Virus record (IMG/VR): IMGVR_UViG_3300025674_000062
Span: 1-52,209 of that record
Source of the DNA: a virus
Taxonomy: Duplodnaviria > Caudoviricetes
Length of the DNA stretch: 52,209 bases
Strand: one strand, 5' to 3'
This document shows, piece after piece, positions 1-9,043 of the stretch. A program made the translations under genes and the position numbers. The notes below the pieces were generated by a model. The model searched no databases and had not been told where the DNA came from. It saw only the letters and a program-made list of their open reading frames with translations. The number at the start of each line of letters is the position of its first letter. Within the stretch, counting starts at the first letter, position 1.

Positions 1-3
1 CAA

Positions 4-1629
4 TTGCCAAACTGCTACTTAGAAACCAGTTTTAATCTAAATGAACACCCTGAATTTGAACGTTTAGTGCTTTTTAACACAAACACTTTATCAATCGACT
101 CTGATGAATTTGATAGAAGAAGATACTTTACAGATTTTAATTTTTTTAGAAGTAGTAATGTAAATTCTCCAGAACCTGTTGTTAATGATTTAGCAGGAGA
201 TGTAACAAGATTTGAAAATATTGTATTAACATCTTACTCTCCTTTTTACTTAAACGGACCTTCAGTTGGAAAAGTTTTTCCAAATAAAATTAATATTAAA
301 ATATCAAACTTGGGAATAACACCAATAAATGTTGGAAATAATTTTAAAAAGTTTTTGCGTGAAAATAAATACATGTATAAGTTTGTTGCTGATATGATTC
401 AAGGAGCATCTCCACTAAAAGAAAGAGATGTTCTTCTAAACAACGAACCAACAAAAATAAGATATTATGATCTTTGGGATTATTTTGATGCATTAGAAAT
501 AGATGAAGATTGGTTTGACAATCATGTAGCTCTAATAAGACCGGAAGAAAAAGAAATAGTAGTAGATTCTTACAATGATGAAACGTATACTAAAACACTT
601 AATCATAATGGAGAAATTGTTTTTGTAAGAATAAACAAAACTGGTGAGGGAATAAACCAAAATTTTTGGGTGTATCCTAATTCTGAAGGAATAGTTGATT
701 TTTGCGATACACAAGTAAAGATTGAAAAAGATTACACTTACAAAGCTTTTGCATATGTTTTGATGATTGAAAACCTAGATGACGGTGGTGTTAATGTCGA
801 CCTATCAGATGCAGAACAACCAAGGCTTTATGAAATCCCAATAAGTGATGAAATTGTAGCTAGAGTAATGCAACCACCTCACCCAAGACCTCAAGTAGAA
901 TTTAAAAATATTAAAAACAAAAAAGACAAGATAAAAGTTATGCTTAATTTATCCTCGAATGAATATAAAAGTCTAAGCTACAGAGGTGTGTCTCAATCTG
1001 AGGAGGAGGATTTTGATTTAAATTATGCAAAATACGATCCATTCTCCACAAGAGATTCTTGTTTTCAATATGAAACAGAAAGAGGAAAATTCCAAATTTT
1101 CAAAATGGAAAAACATCCCACAAGCTATTATGACATTGGGTCTAACGCTTCCTCATTCAATGTAGAATCAGATAAATCAACTATGGCTCATTTTCAAGAT
1201 ACAATTGAACCATTTAAAGATTATTACTACATGATAAGAAGTTTCAATACATACGGGTATTATTCCAATCCCTCGCCAATTTACAAAGTACATATGACAA
1301 AAGACGCAAATGATACTTTCTTGCACGTTGAAACTGTTGACTTTCATGTTTCGGATCAAAACAAATATATGCTTGAGAAAACAATGGCAAAACTATTACA
1401 AGTTGTCCCTTCAAGTTATCAAACAACTTTAGTCACATCTGAGGAGTTTGGAGGATATGGCCAACCAACAGATCCCAATAATTTACCAGATCTTGGTCTT
1501 GTTGATAAAAAAATATGGGATACAAACACAAAATTCAAATTAAGATTAGTTTCTAGAAAAACTGGAAAGAAAATTGACATTAACTTGAATTTTAAATTAA
1601 CAAAACAAATTACTCAAAATACTGAGTAA
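4..1629 (+). CDS. hypothetical protein, probably virion/baseplate-associated (5' end likely outside window)
   Basis: Long ORF open from the window edge (TTG start at 4, no RBS visible), directly upstream of the putative baseplate cluster. Confidence 0.5.
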   Translation: MPNCYLETSFNLNEHPEFERLVLFNTNTLSIDSDEFDRRRYFTDFNFFRSSNVNSPEPVVNDLAGDVTRFENIVLTSYSPFYLNGPSVGKVFPNKINIKISNLGITPINVGNNFKKFLRENKYMYKFVADMIQGASPLKERDVLLNNEPTKIRYYDLWDYFDALEIDEDWFDNHVALIRPEEKEIVVDSYNDETYTKTLNHNGEIVFVRINKTGEGINQNFWVYPNSEGIVDFCDTQVKIEKDYTYKAFAYVLMIENLDDGGVNVDLSDAEQPRLYEIPISDEIVARVMQPPHPRPQVEFKNIKNKKDKIKVMLNLSSNEYKSLSYRGVSQSEEEDFDLNYAKYDPFSTRDSCFQYETERGKFQIFKMEKHPTSYYDIGSNASSFNVESDKSTMAHFQDTIEPFKDYYYMIRSFNTYGYYSNPSPIYKVHMTKDANDTFLHVETVDFHVSDQNKYMLEKTMAKLLQVVPSSYQTTLVTSEEFGGYGQPTDPNNLPDLGLVDKKIWDTNTKFKLRLVSRKTGKKIDINLNFKLTKQITQNTE

Positions 1630-1630
1630 T

Positions 1631-1638
1631 ACTATTTA
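1631..1638 (+). promoter_or_regulatory. ACTATTTA motif, candidate late promoter
   Basis: Intergenic copy of the recurrent motif, 30 nt upstream of ATG 1661. Confidence 0.6.
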
Positions 1639-1660
1639 TTATGATATTAGGGAGAAATTT

Positions 1661-2614
1661 ATGGGTTTTTTAGATAATTCTGGCGACATAATATTAGACG
1701 CTGTATTAACGGACCATGGTCGCAAAGTTTTAGCTAAAGGTGACGGTTCTTTTCAAATTACAAAATTTGCACTTGGAGACGAGGAAGTAGACTATTCTTT
1801 GTATGATACTACGAACACCAACGGATCAGCTTATTATGATCTCGAAATCCTTCAAACTCCAATTCTTGAAGCTTTCACAGATAACGCTGTTTCAATGAAA
1901 TCTAAACTGGTAACTTATGAAAGTCTAGAGCTTTTGTACCTTCCTGTGATTAAGTTGAATGAGATAATCGATGGAACAACAACGGCTCGACATTCAAGTG
2001 GATCATTTATTGTTGCTGTTGACGGATTAACAGAAAATGACAACGGAAGCACTTCAACGCAAAATGGTATTGGATATGATTCAACAGGAACAGCTGTTGC
2101 TGGTATTCTGTTTGGACAAACTACATCTACCGGTGGAAGAATAAGATTAGACCAAGGTTTAGACACAAACGCTATTACACCAGCTCAAACTCTTTCAGCT
2201 GATATGGTTGAGGAAAGCTACACAATTCAAATAGATAACAGACTAGGAAATATCAGAACTGTTGCAGGTGGAAATGTTTCTTTAGATTACATTGACGATG
2301 ATAATATTGCTTATTATACAGTAACTTCAGAAGATGGTGTTATTACCAATAATCCAAACACTGATACAGGTGGTGCTGGTCAAGTAATTGAAGGACCAAG
2401 AGGCACAATTCTAGAATTCAAAATTGGCTCTTCTTTGTCATTGCAAACTAGTACTTATCTATTTACACAACTTGGTTCAACTTCAAGACTAGATAACAGA
2501 GCAGGAAGCTCATCTGAAGTATATCATATTGATACACTAGTTAGAGTTACTGGAATGAATACTGGGTACACTATTGATGTTCCTGTAAGATTCGTAAAAT
2601 TTAAATCAACATAA
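1661..2614 (+). CDS. putative baseplate/tail-collar-like structural protein
   Basis: N-terminal LTDHGRKVLAKG...ITKFALGD resembles the N-terminal motif of tail-collar/baseplate proteins; GGAG RBS. Confidence 0.55.
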   Translation: MGFLDNSGDIILDAVLTDHGRKVLAKGDGSFQITKFALGDEEVDYSLYDTTNTNGSAYYDLEILQTPILEAFTDNAVSMKSKLVTYESLELLYLPVIKLNEIIDGTTTARHSSGSFIVAVDGLTENDNGSTSTQNGIGYDSTGTAVAGILFGQTTSTGGRIRLDQGLDTNAITPAQTLSADMVEESYTIQIDNRLGNIRTVAGGNVSLDYIDDDNIAYYTVTSEDGVITNNPNTDTGGAGQVIEGPRGTILEFKIGSSLSLQTSTYLFTQLGSTSRLDNRAGSSSEVYHIDTLVRVTGMNTGYTIDVPVRFVKFKST

Positions 2615-2627
2615 AGAGAGATAAAAT

Positions 2628-3764
2628 ATGGCTAATGTAGGTGCATTTAAAAATTTAGGTGAAAACGATATCGTTTCAACAAGAACGCTTCTTCATGAAG
2701 CTATTCCTTTAACGGGAACAATTGTTTCCGGAACTTATAATGATAATAATATAAAGTTTCATACTCATGGTATGTTTCAAACAGTTTATGATTATCCTTA
2801 TCTATCTTCTTCAGCAAACCACATTTTTGATATTACTTATGGTATGTCAACAAATTCTGCTGTTTATGATACAAGCGTAAATCAATACAAAAAGAAAAAG
2901 AACGTTTACAATCAAATGGCTCAAATTCTTGTAGGATATGATGTAACAGGTTCAGTTCTTGAATTCGACGCAGATGGAAATATTCTTGCTGGTGGAGCTA
3001 AACTAAGAGACAACTTTATTATCCCTTTTTCTCGTTTGCTTGTTAAAGATGAAATCAAGAAAGAGTCTTTCTCAATGGAGTTAGGTATCTCTTCTTCTGT
3101 TGATTTTGCCGGAGCGTTGTTCCAAGACAGAATAACCATTTCTGATGTTGGAGCTAAAACTTCTTACTTTGTAAACTCTCCTGCTGGAGAATATGCGATT
3201 CTTTATGCAACTGCTTCAAACCAAACAGGATATCTATTACACGATACAAACGTAACCACAATTGGGTCGAATGTTTATCATCCAGTTGGCTTGATTTATT
3301 ATCAAGCAGGTATTGTTGTCATTACTGGTTCTGTTTTTAAAGATCAATCTGATGGTGGAATTATTCATAACGATTCAGGTTCTTGTAACTTTTTCGATGC
3401 AAATTTAAATACTAGTTCTTCTTTTGATGAAATGACAGATCAATTTACAATTAAAACAATCGGAAACAACTTGAGAAATAGAATTTACAACATTTCTTTC
3501 AATAACACAACCGAGTTAAACTCAACAATCTACTTCTGTCGTGCAAATCACAACGAGTTTAATTACTCAACTAATCCAACTTACCTATCAGGTTCTAAGA
3601 TAATTGTAAAAGATGACAATCCATCAGCTGATCCGATTTCTTATATTACAACAATCGGTCTTTATTCTCCGAATAATGAATTAATGGCTGTTGCAAAATT
3701 GTCTGAGCCTTTGAAGAAAACACCTTCTCAAGAGTTTACCCTCCGAGTTAGATTAGACTATTAA
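2628..3764 (+). CDS. putative baseplate wedge/structural protein
   Basis: C-terminal YITTIGLYSPNNELMAVAKLSEPLKK motif of the tail-collar/baseplate type; C-terminus paralogous with the next gene. Confidence 0.55.
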   Translation: MANVGAFKNLGENDIVSTRTLLHEAIPLTGTIVSGTYNDNNIKFHTHGMFQTVYDYPYLSSSANHIFDITYGMSTNSAVYDTSVNQYKKKKNVYNQMAQILVGYDVTGSVLEFDADGNILAGGAKLRDNFIIPFSRLLVKDEIKKESFSMELGISSSVDFAGALFQDRITISDVGAKTSYFVNSPAGEYAILYATASNQTGYLLHDTNVTTIGSNVYHPVGLIYYQAGIVVITGSVFKDQSDGGIIHNDSGSCNFFDANLNTSSSFDEMTDQFTIKTIGNNLRNRIYNISFNNTTELNSTIYFCRANHNEFNYSTNPTYLSGSKIIVKDDNPSADPISYITTIGLYSPNNELMAVAKLSEPLKKTPSQEFTLRVRLDY

Positions 3765-3778
3765 TCTAGGAGGCTCTT

Positions 3779-5092
3779 ATGGCTGTTTTTAAGTTTGGAG
3801 AAAATGATGTCTTTGTGAATACTTTGGAAGCTTATCCCGAGACTAGCTTTTATATTCACTCAGGCACCGTTGTTATTGATTCAATTCCTGATCTTTCAGG
3901 AGCCAACCAATCAAACATTCTTCATGTTGATGATGGACATATTTCTCTTTATGAGATAAACGTCGACAGACCAGATGGACAAGAGATATCAGCTTCAATA
4001 ACAGCAGATGGTTATCGTTCTTATCCTTCGGCATTATCTGTTGATGGCTTATATGCATACAATGTTGTATATAGCAAAGGACAAGAGATTCCAGTCTCTT
4101 ACAATCTGTCTGGAACAATTTCTCAATATTATTATCCTGAACAAACAAGCAAAGTTTTTAAAGAAAGATTAACCACAATTCAAATTGAAAATAATACTCC
4201 TCCGCATAATGGTAGAGTAATTCACGGAGTAAAAACAGCACTTCCTGAAGAGTCTGTTAATAATGCAACACATCAAGGCTATCCTGTTCCTTATTCAATC
4301 GAGGGATTGTTGGATAAATACTCTTTTCAATCTCCTCACTTTAAAATGAAAACAGCTGCACCTTTACCAGAAAGAGACCTTAGAACGGCCGAAATGTCCG
4401 TTATTTCAATTCCTTCGATATTCTATGGGTCAAAGATTAAGAAAGGTTCTGTTGAGCTAAATTACTATGTTTCTGGTTCTAAAATAGGAACACTTACTGA
4501 TAGAGGTAGACGAGGAGAGTTAATTCAAACTGGTCCTGCCGGTTCAACAGGATCTGGTTCTGTTGCTGGTCTTGTGTTTTATCAAGAAGGAATTATTGTC
4601 TTGACAGGCTCTTGGCAATTAGGCGAGGATAATGGTATTGATTATTCTGGTTCCTCCGATACAATAAACAAGTGGACACATTTCGGATCAGGCTTGCACA
4701 AAGATATTTCAAGCTTCTCAACACTTCCCTCGGCATCTTTCTCAATTGATTTTCAAGGAACGACAAAAATTCCAACAATGGGAATGCTTTGCAAAGCTCC
4801 GTATTCTGAATTAAATTGGTCAAACAATCCAACATTTGTAAACCACAACTCAGCTTACTATGGAACATTTGGGTCTTCTTCGATTCATTACAAAGAAAAT
4901 GAAGTTGATGTTGCAAATATCACACATAAAGAATTAGTTGACTACGTTCCGGAACAAGTTAAAGAGACTTATATATCAAAAGTTGCAATCTATGATGAAA
5001 AGAAAAATCTTATTGGTGTTGCAAAAGTTGCCAACCCTGTTCGTAAGACACCGGATCGTTCATATTTATTTAAATTAAAATTAGATTTATAG
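3779..5092 (+). CDS. putative baseplate wedge/structural protein (paralog of 2628..3764)
   Basis: Shares G.(I/V)(F/Y)YQ.GI(I/V)V.TGS, N.S.NPT(F/Y) and YI..(I/V).(L/I)Y.....L..VAK...P..K motifs with the upstream gene. Confidence 0.55.
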   Translation: MAVFKFGENDVFVNTLEAYPETSFYIHSGTVVIDSIPDLSGANQSNILHVDDGHISLYEINVDRPDGQEISASITADGYRSYPSALSVDGLYAYNVVYSKGQEIPVSYNLSGTISQYYYPEQTSKVFKERLTTIQIENNTPPHNGRVIHGVKTALPEESVNNATHQGYPVPYSIEGLLDKYSFQSPHFKMKTAAPLPERDLRTAEMSVISIPSIFYGSKIKKGSVELNYYVSGSKIGTLTDRGRRGELIQTGPAGSTGSGSVAGLVFYQEGIIVLTGSWQLGEDNGIDYSGSSDTINKWTHFGSGLHKDISSFSTLPSASFSIDFQGTTKIPTMGMLCKAPYSELNWSNNPTFVNHNSAYYGTFGSSSIHYKENEVDVANITHKELVDYVPEQVKETYISKVAIYDEKKNLIGVAKVANPVRKTPDRSYLFKLKLDL

Positions 5093-5121
5093 TTGACAAC
5101 CTTAATATTATATGTTATAAT
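5093..5121 (+). promoter_or_regulatory. sigma70-type promoter TTGACA-N17-TATAAT with extended TG
   Basis: TTGACA 5093-5098, TATAAT 5116-5121 preceded by TGT. Confidence 0.85.
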
Positions 5122-5128
5122 AGATATT

Positions 5129-5644
5129 ATGATTATTTTAGGACTAGATATTAGCTCAAGTAGAATTGGGTATTGTTTGATAAACGAAAACGAAGATTTA
5201 CTTCTTGTTGATGAGATAAAGTTAAAACCATCTCAATCTCTTGAAGAAAGAGCCGACATCTTTAAAAAGACTATGGAAATAATAAAAGAACATTCGGAGG
5301 TAAATTATGTTTTCATCGAACAACCATTCATGGCATTCTCCGGAGGCAAAACAACAGCAGCGACAATGGCCAAGCTACAACGTTTTAATGGTATGTGTAG
5401 CTATGTGGTTCATAGTGTATTTGGCAGCCCTGCAACTCTCCTTCAGGCAAACAAAGCTCGGGGTCTCGTTGATCTCAAAATTAAAAGGGGCGAAAACACG
5501 AAGCTCAAAGTTATTGAGTGGGTTCAAGAGAAATACCCAACATCTTTTTTAGTTGAATACACTTCTCACGGCAATCCAAAACCCGGAACAGATGATAAGG
5601 CGGATGCAGTTGTCATAGCAAATGCTGGACTAAAAACTATTTAG
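5129..5644 (+). CDS. ruvC: RuvC-like Holliday junction resolvase
   Basis: ILGLDISSSRIG, VFIEQPF and DDKADAVVIA catalytic motifs; start moved to ATG 5129 because the track's TTG start is the -35 box. Confidence 0.8.
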   Translation: MIILGLDISSSRIGYCLINENEDLLLVDEIKLKPSQSLEERADIFKKTMEIIKEHSEVNYVFIEQPFMAFSGGKTTAATMAKLQRFNGMCSYVVHSVFGSPATLLQANKARGLVDLKIKRGENTKLKVIEWVQEKYPTSFLVEYTSHGNPKPGTDDKADAVVIANAGLKTI

Positions 5645-5662
5645 ACATAAAGAGGAATTGTT

Positions 5663-6376
5663 ATGTCAAATGATATGAAAGTGATCATGGAGAATTGGAG
5701 AAAAAATCTGGTTTTAAATGAACAAGAGATACTTGAAGAACAACTGTTGCTTGAAGGCTTTTTAGATAGTTTAGCAAAACTAACAGGAGACGTAAAAAAC
5801 ACATTCACAGTCGCTGGGCAATTAATGAAGGATAGCAAAAAAATTCCAAACTTTGTAGCGTTGTTAGATGATGAGGTAATAACCCCATCTATAAATAATA
5901 TAAAAGAAGTGTTGAAAAAATTACAAGATAAATTTTCCAAAGATGAAGACGAAGGCAATAAATCAATAATATCAGGAATTATAAAAAAAGTGAATGATGC
6001 TGTGAACAAAGTTTACGAATTTGTAAAACAAATACCAAGAACATCATGGAAAAAAGCAGCTGCTGCTATTGGCTTAGCTGTGGTTATAAAGTATTTTGCT
6101 TTTGAAACGTTTGTAGAAATACCAATAGAGCAAGGTATTGAAAAAGCTGTAGAATACTTTAATGAGGAAATTATGAACTTTTTAAACAAATTCTTAGGAG
6201 AAGCTTTAGTAGAAGCTTTGTCATCAACTTTCACAGGTGGCATAGCTACACTAGTTTCTGTTTTATCAAAAATAGTAAAAGGTACTTCTTTTGTAGCTCA
6301 AACTTTAGCTCCTGCTATTGAACCCTTCCAAGCTGGTAAACTAAGCTTATCAAGACTTGAAGAACAAGAAAAATAA
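5663..6376 (+). CDS. hypothetical protein, candidate internal head protein with variant leader
   Basis: Preceded by ACTATTTA (5636-5643) and GAGG; N-terminus MKVIMENWRKNLVLNEQEILEEQLLLE is rich in LxE sites; hydrophobic helices in the C-terminal half. Confidence 0.55.
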   Translation: MSNDMKVIMENWRKNLVLNEQEILEEQLLLEGFLDSLAKLTGDVKNTFTVAGQLMKDSKKIPNFVALLDDEVITPSINNIKEVLKKLQDKFSKDEDEGNKSIISGIIKKVNDAVNKVYEFVKQIPRTSWKKAAAAIGLAVVIKYFAFETFVEIPIEQGIEKAVEYFNEEIMNFLNKFLGEALVEALSSTFTGGIATLVSVLSKIVKGTSFVAQTLAPAIEPFQAGKLSLSRLEEQEK

Positions 6377-6384
6377 AAAACTTC

Positions 6385-6412
6385 TTGACAAATTTTCAAA
6401 ACGTGTTATACT
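6385..6412 (+). promoter_or_regulatory. sigma70-type promoter TTGACA-N16-TATACT
   Basis: TTGACA 6385-6390, TGT then TATACT 6407-6412, GGAGG RBS at 6421. Confidence 0.75.
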
Positions 6413-6430
6413 AAAATCACGGAGGAAATT

Positions 6431-6607
6431 ATGGAAGAAAAAAGAAAGATGTTGACCGACATCCTCGGTTCGTATTATCAAAAAGGTAATGAGCACTTGT
6501 ATCATTGTCCTTATTGTAAGCACCACAAGAAGAAAATGTCTGTAAACTTTGTAAAAAGGCTACTATTTACTTTTAGACATTTCATTTATCAGGAGACACA
6601 AAAATGA
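6431..6607 (+). pseudogene. truncated primase N-terminal remnant (58 aa)
   Basis: MEEKRKMLTDILGSYYQKGNEHLYHCPYCKHHKKKMSVNF aligns with the first ~42 aa of the primase at 7705, then diverges; not in the ORF track (under 60 aa). Confidence 0.8.
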
Positions 6608-6879
6608 AAATTACAAACCAACAATTAAGAAGAATTATCAAAGAAGAACTTCAAGCAACTCTACGAGAGAGCAAGGATGAAGCACTTAAAATGATTATGG
6701 ATTTAGAAAAAGGCGACGACTTGGGTATGATCCTCGATTTCAGCGATCTCAAAGAGTTGGTTTCAAATGGAGATAAAGAAGGGGCTCTTAAAGAAATCGG
6801 CTATATGTATGAAGGCACAGAAACAGCAGGCCACGATAAACTCTTGAGACGATTAGAAAGATTAATTAAAAAAATGTAA
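6604..6879 (+). CDS. leader-family protein 1 (small helical cargo)
   Basis: N-terminus MKITNQQLRRIIKEELQATLRE; ACTATTTA at 6562-6569 and AGGAG RBS. Confidence 0.75.
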   Translation: MKITNQQLRRIIKEELQATLRESKDEALKMIMDLEKGDDLGMILDFSDLKELVSNGDKEGALKEIGYMYEGTETAGHDKLLRRLERLIKKM

Positions 6880-6890
6880 TATAAAAAACT

Positions 6891-6920
6891 TATCTTTTTT
6901 TATCCTTTTTTATCTTTTAG
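6891..6920 (+). repeat. three phased 10-bp direct repeats TATC(T/C)TTT..
   Basis: TATCTTTTTT / TATCCTTTTT / TATCTTTTAG in tandem, just before ACTATTTA at 6923. Confidence 0.55.
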
Positions 6921-6947
6921 AGACTATTTAAAGTAAAAGGAGTTATC

Positions 6948-7121
6948 ATGTCTAATTTAAAAAATCTCAAAATCAACGAAGAGACCCACGAGAAGTTAAA
7001 GAACTATTGTAAAGAAAAGGGTTTGAAAGTTGGAAAGTTTGTTGAGAACTTGATTAACTCCAAGTTAGCGGAGGATAGTCAAAATGAACTCGGGAATTTA
7101 CAAAATAACAAACAAGATTAA
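6948..7121 (+). CDS. small ribbon-helix-helix-like DNA-binding protein (57 aa)
   Basis: Hand translation MSNLKNLKINEETHEKLKNYCKEKGLKVGKFVENLINSKL...; AGGAG RBS; strand-helix-G-helix pattern; overlaps the GIY-YIG start. Confidence 0.65.
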   Translation: MSNLKNLKINEETHEKLKNYCKEKGLKVGKFVENLINSKLAEDSQNELGNLQNNKQD

Positions 7122-7647
7122 TGGAAAGTTTTATATTGGATCTTCAAATAATATTGAGAGAAGGTGGCGACACCACAAGTCAAACTTGAGAAGCGGAACT
7201 CATACCAATGTTCATCTTCAAAATTCTTACGACAAGCACGGCGAAGATCAATTTGAGTTTGTATTGATTGAGGAAGTAAGAAGAGCTAACTTACTTGTGA
7301 AAGAGCAAGAGTATCTTGACGAAGCCTTTGGTGGAGATCAAGAAATCTACAACATCAGTAGAGTAGCCGGCTCTCCTATGGCTGGATTAAATCATACAGA
7401 GGAAGTCAAGCAACTTCTATCTGAAAAACTGTCTGGTGAAAACCACCCACATTACGGAAAGCCCGTGAGTGAAGAGTGGCGAAGAAAGATAAGCAAATCA
7501 AATAAAAGATTTACGGACGAAGAAGAAGCGACATTTAGAAAAAGATGGTTAGCTGGAGAAACCAAAGGATCAATTGCAAAAGAAATTGGAGTCCATACAA
7601 CAACGATAACAAGGGCAATTGAAAGGGCGGAAAGATTTAATTACTAA
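7084..7647 (+). CDS. free-standing GIY-YIG homing endonuclease with NUMOD3-like repeats and C-terminal HTH
   Basis: SGIYKITN...FYIGSS...RRW, EQEYLD, YNI; HTEEVKQLLS / VSEEWRRKIS repeats; IAKEIGVHTTTITR HTH. Confidence 0.9.
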   Translation: MNSGIYKITNKINGKFYIGSSNNIERRWRHHKSNLRSGTHTNVHLQNSYDKHGEDQFEFVLIEEVRRANLLVKEQEYLDEAFGGDQEIYNISRVAGSPMAGLNHTEEVKQLLSEKLSGENHPHYGKPVSEEWRRKISKSNKRFTDEEEATFRKRWLAGETKGSIAKEIGVHTTTITRAIERAERFNY

Positions 7648-7654
7648 TTTTTCA

Positions 7655-7683
7655 TTGACAAGTCTTTCTTTTCGTGTTATAAA
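7655..7683 (+). promoter_or_regulatory. sigma70-type promoter TTGACA-N17-TATAAA
   Basis: TTGACA 7655-7660, TGT then TATAAA 7678-7683, AGGAGG RBS. Confidence 0.75.
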
Positions 7684-7704
7684 ACAATTTAAAGGAGGAT
7701 AGAA

Positions 7705-8643
7705 ATGAAGACAGAAAAATTAAAAATCCTAAACGATGTTTTAGGAAGCCCAAAAAGACAGGGACAAGATGAGTATTATTATCATTGCCCTTTCTGCAAT
7801 CATCACAAGAAAAAGCTCGCAATAAACTTCAACAATGGGTTCCACTGCTGGGTTTGTGATATTCGTGGAAAGAACATTTACAGAATTGTAAGAAAGTTCG
7901 GTAACTATCAACAACGACAACGATGGTTGGAGCTTGATGGTAGACTTGATCTCGCAGACTTTGATAAGATATATAAAGAAGTAAATGAGATTGAAGAAGA
8001 ACCAACGTGCGATCTACCACCAGAGATGATTTCGCTTTGCAACAAACACCTTCCACGTTCTTCTGAAAGAGCTCTCGACTATCTTCATAGCAGAGGTATT
8101 GACGATTATCAAATAAAATTATGGAAGATTGGTTATTGCACCGAAGGAAGATATTCAGGCAGAATTATTATTCCATCTTTCAACCAAAATGGAGATCCAA
8201 ACTTCTTTATTGCTCGTTCTTATGTTGGACACAGAATGAAATACCTCAATCCAAGAACCACAAAGGACATAATTTTCAACGAACTAATGATTGATTGGGA
8301 TGAGCCTGTTGTGATTGTTGAAGGAGCCTTTGATGCTATTGTTGCAGGAACACAAGGCATTCCTATTCTTGGCTCAACCCTTAGACCAGAGTCTCGCTTA
8401 TTTCAAGCTCTTGCGATAAACGACACACCAGTCTACATAGGACTTGACCAAGATGCGGAGAAGAAAGCATCGTGGATGATTAAGAAAATGATTGAATACG
8501 ACATGGAAGTCTATAAGATAGATACCACAGCCGTTGAAGACATCGGTTCTATGACTCCTCGACAATTCGAGAACGCAAAAGATAGGGCTCAACCAATTGA
8601 TCCTGACTATTTCTTTTTTGACAAGCTTTTAAACGCTATCTAA
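7705..8643 (+). CDS. DNA primase (DnaG/T4 gp61-like)
   Basis: Zn finger CPFC...HCWVC, YLHSRGI, RIIIP, KYLNP, Toprim IVEGAFDA and GLDQDA. Confidence 0.9.
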   Translation: MKTEKLKILNDVLGSPKRQGQDEYYYHCPFCNHHKKKLAINFNNGFHCWVCDIRGKNIYRIVRKFGNYQQRQRWLELDGRLDLADFDKIYKEVNEIEEEPTCDLPPEMISLCNKHLPRSSERALDYLHSRGIDDYQIKLWKIGYCTEGRYSGRIIIPSFNQNGDPNFFIARSYVGHRMKYLNPRTTKDIIFNELMIDWDEPVVIVEGAFDAIVAGTQGIPILGSTLRPESRLFQALAINDTPVYIGLDQDAEKKASWMIKKMIEYDMEVYKIDTTAVEDIGSMTPRQFENAKDRAQPIDPDYFFFDKLLNAI

Positions 8644-8677
8644 CTATTTATTGTAAAGTGTTTTAAGGAGATCTAAA

Positions 8678-8971
8678 ATGAAATTAACAAACGCACAACT
8701 AAAACAAATCATCAAAGAAGAACTAAGCAAAGTTCTTAATGAACAAGATGGTGATTTGGAACAACTAGAAACAAGTCTTAAAGGCATGGGCTTTAATGTT
8801 GTAAATAACAGAACATCTCTAATGACTGATAATATTGAGATTGAATCAACTCCAGAGGGATTCAATATAATAGACCTTGATTATCCTGATCAGTCTAGAG
8901 AAATCAGCAAGTCTGTCGAAAAAGCTATAGAAGACATAAAAGACATAGTTAGACACAGAGGTGCTAACTAA
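8678..8971 (+). CDS. leader-family protein 2
   Basis: MKLTNAQLKQIIKEELSKVLNE; ACTATTTA 8643-8650 and AAGGAG RBS. Confidence 0.75.
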   Translation: MKLTNAQLKQIIKEELSKVLNEQDGDLEQLETSLKGMGFNVVNNRTSLMTDNIEIESTPEGFNIIDLDYPDQSREISKSVEKAIEDIKDIVRHRGAN

Positions 8972-8985
8972 ATTAAACTTTTTTC

Positions 8986-9014
8986 TTGACAAATCTTTTG
9001 TAATGTGTTATAAT
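8986..9014 (+). promoter_or_regulatory. sigma70-type promoter TTGACA-N17-TATAAT
   Basis: TTGACA 8986-8991, TGT then TATAAT 9009-9014, GGAGG RBS. Confidence 0.85.
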
Positions 9015-9043
9015 AAAAACACTTAATTAATTACGGAGGATTT

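Noticed and set aside
6550-7704. Group I intron interrupting the primase
   Set aside because: The downstream primase is complete, with its own promoter, RBS and N-terminus, so the upstream fragment is redundant rather than an exon; the interval is filled with ORFs
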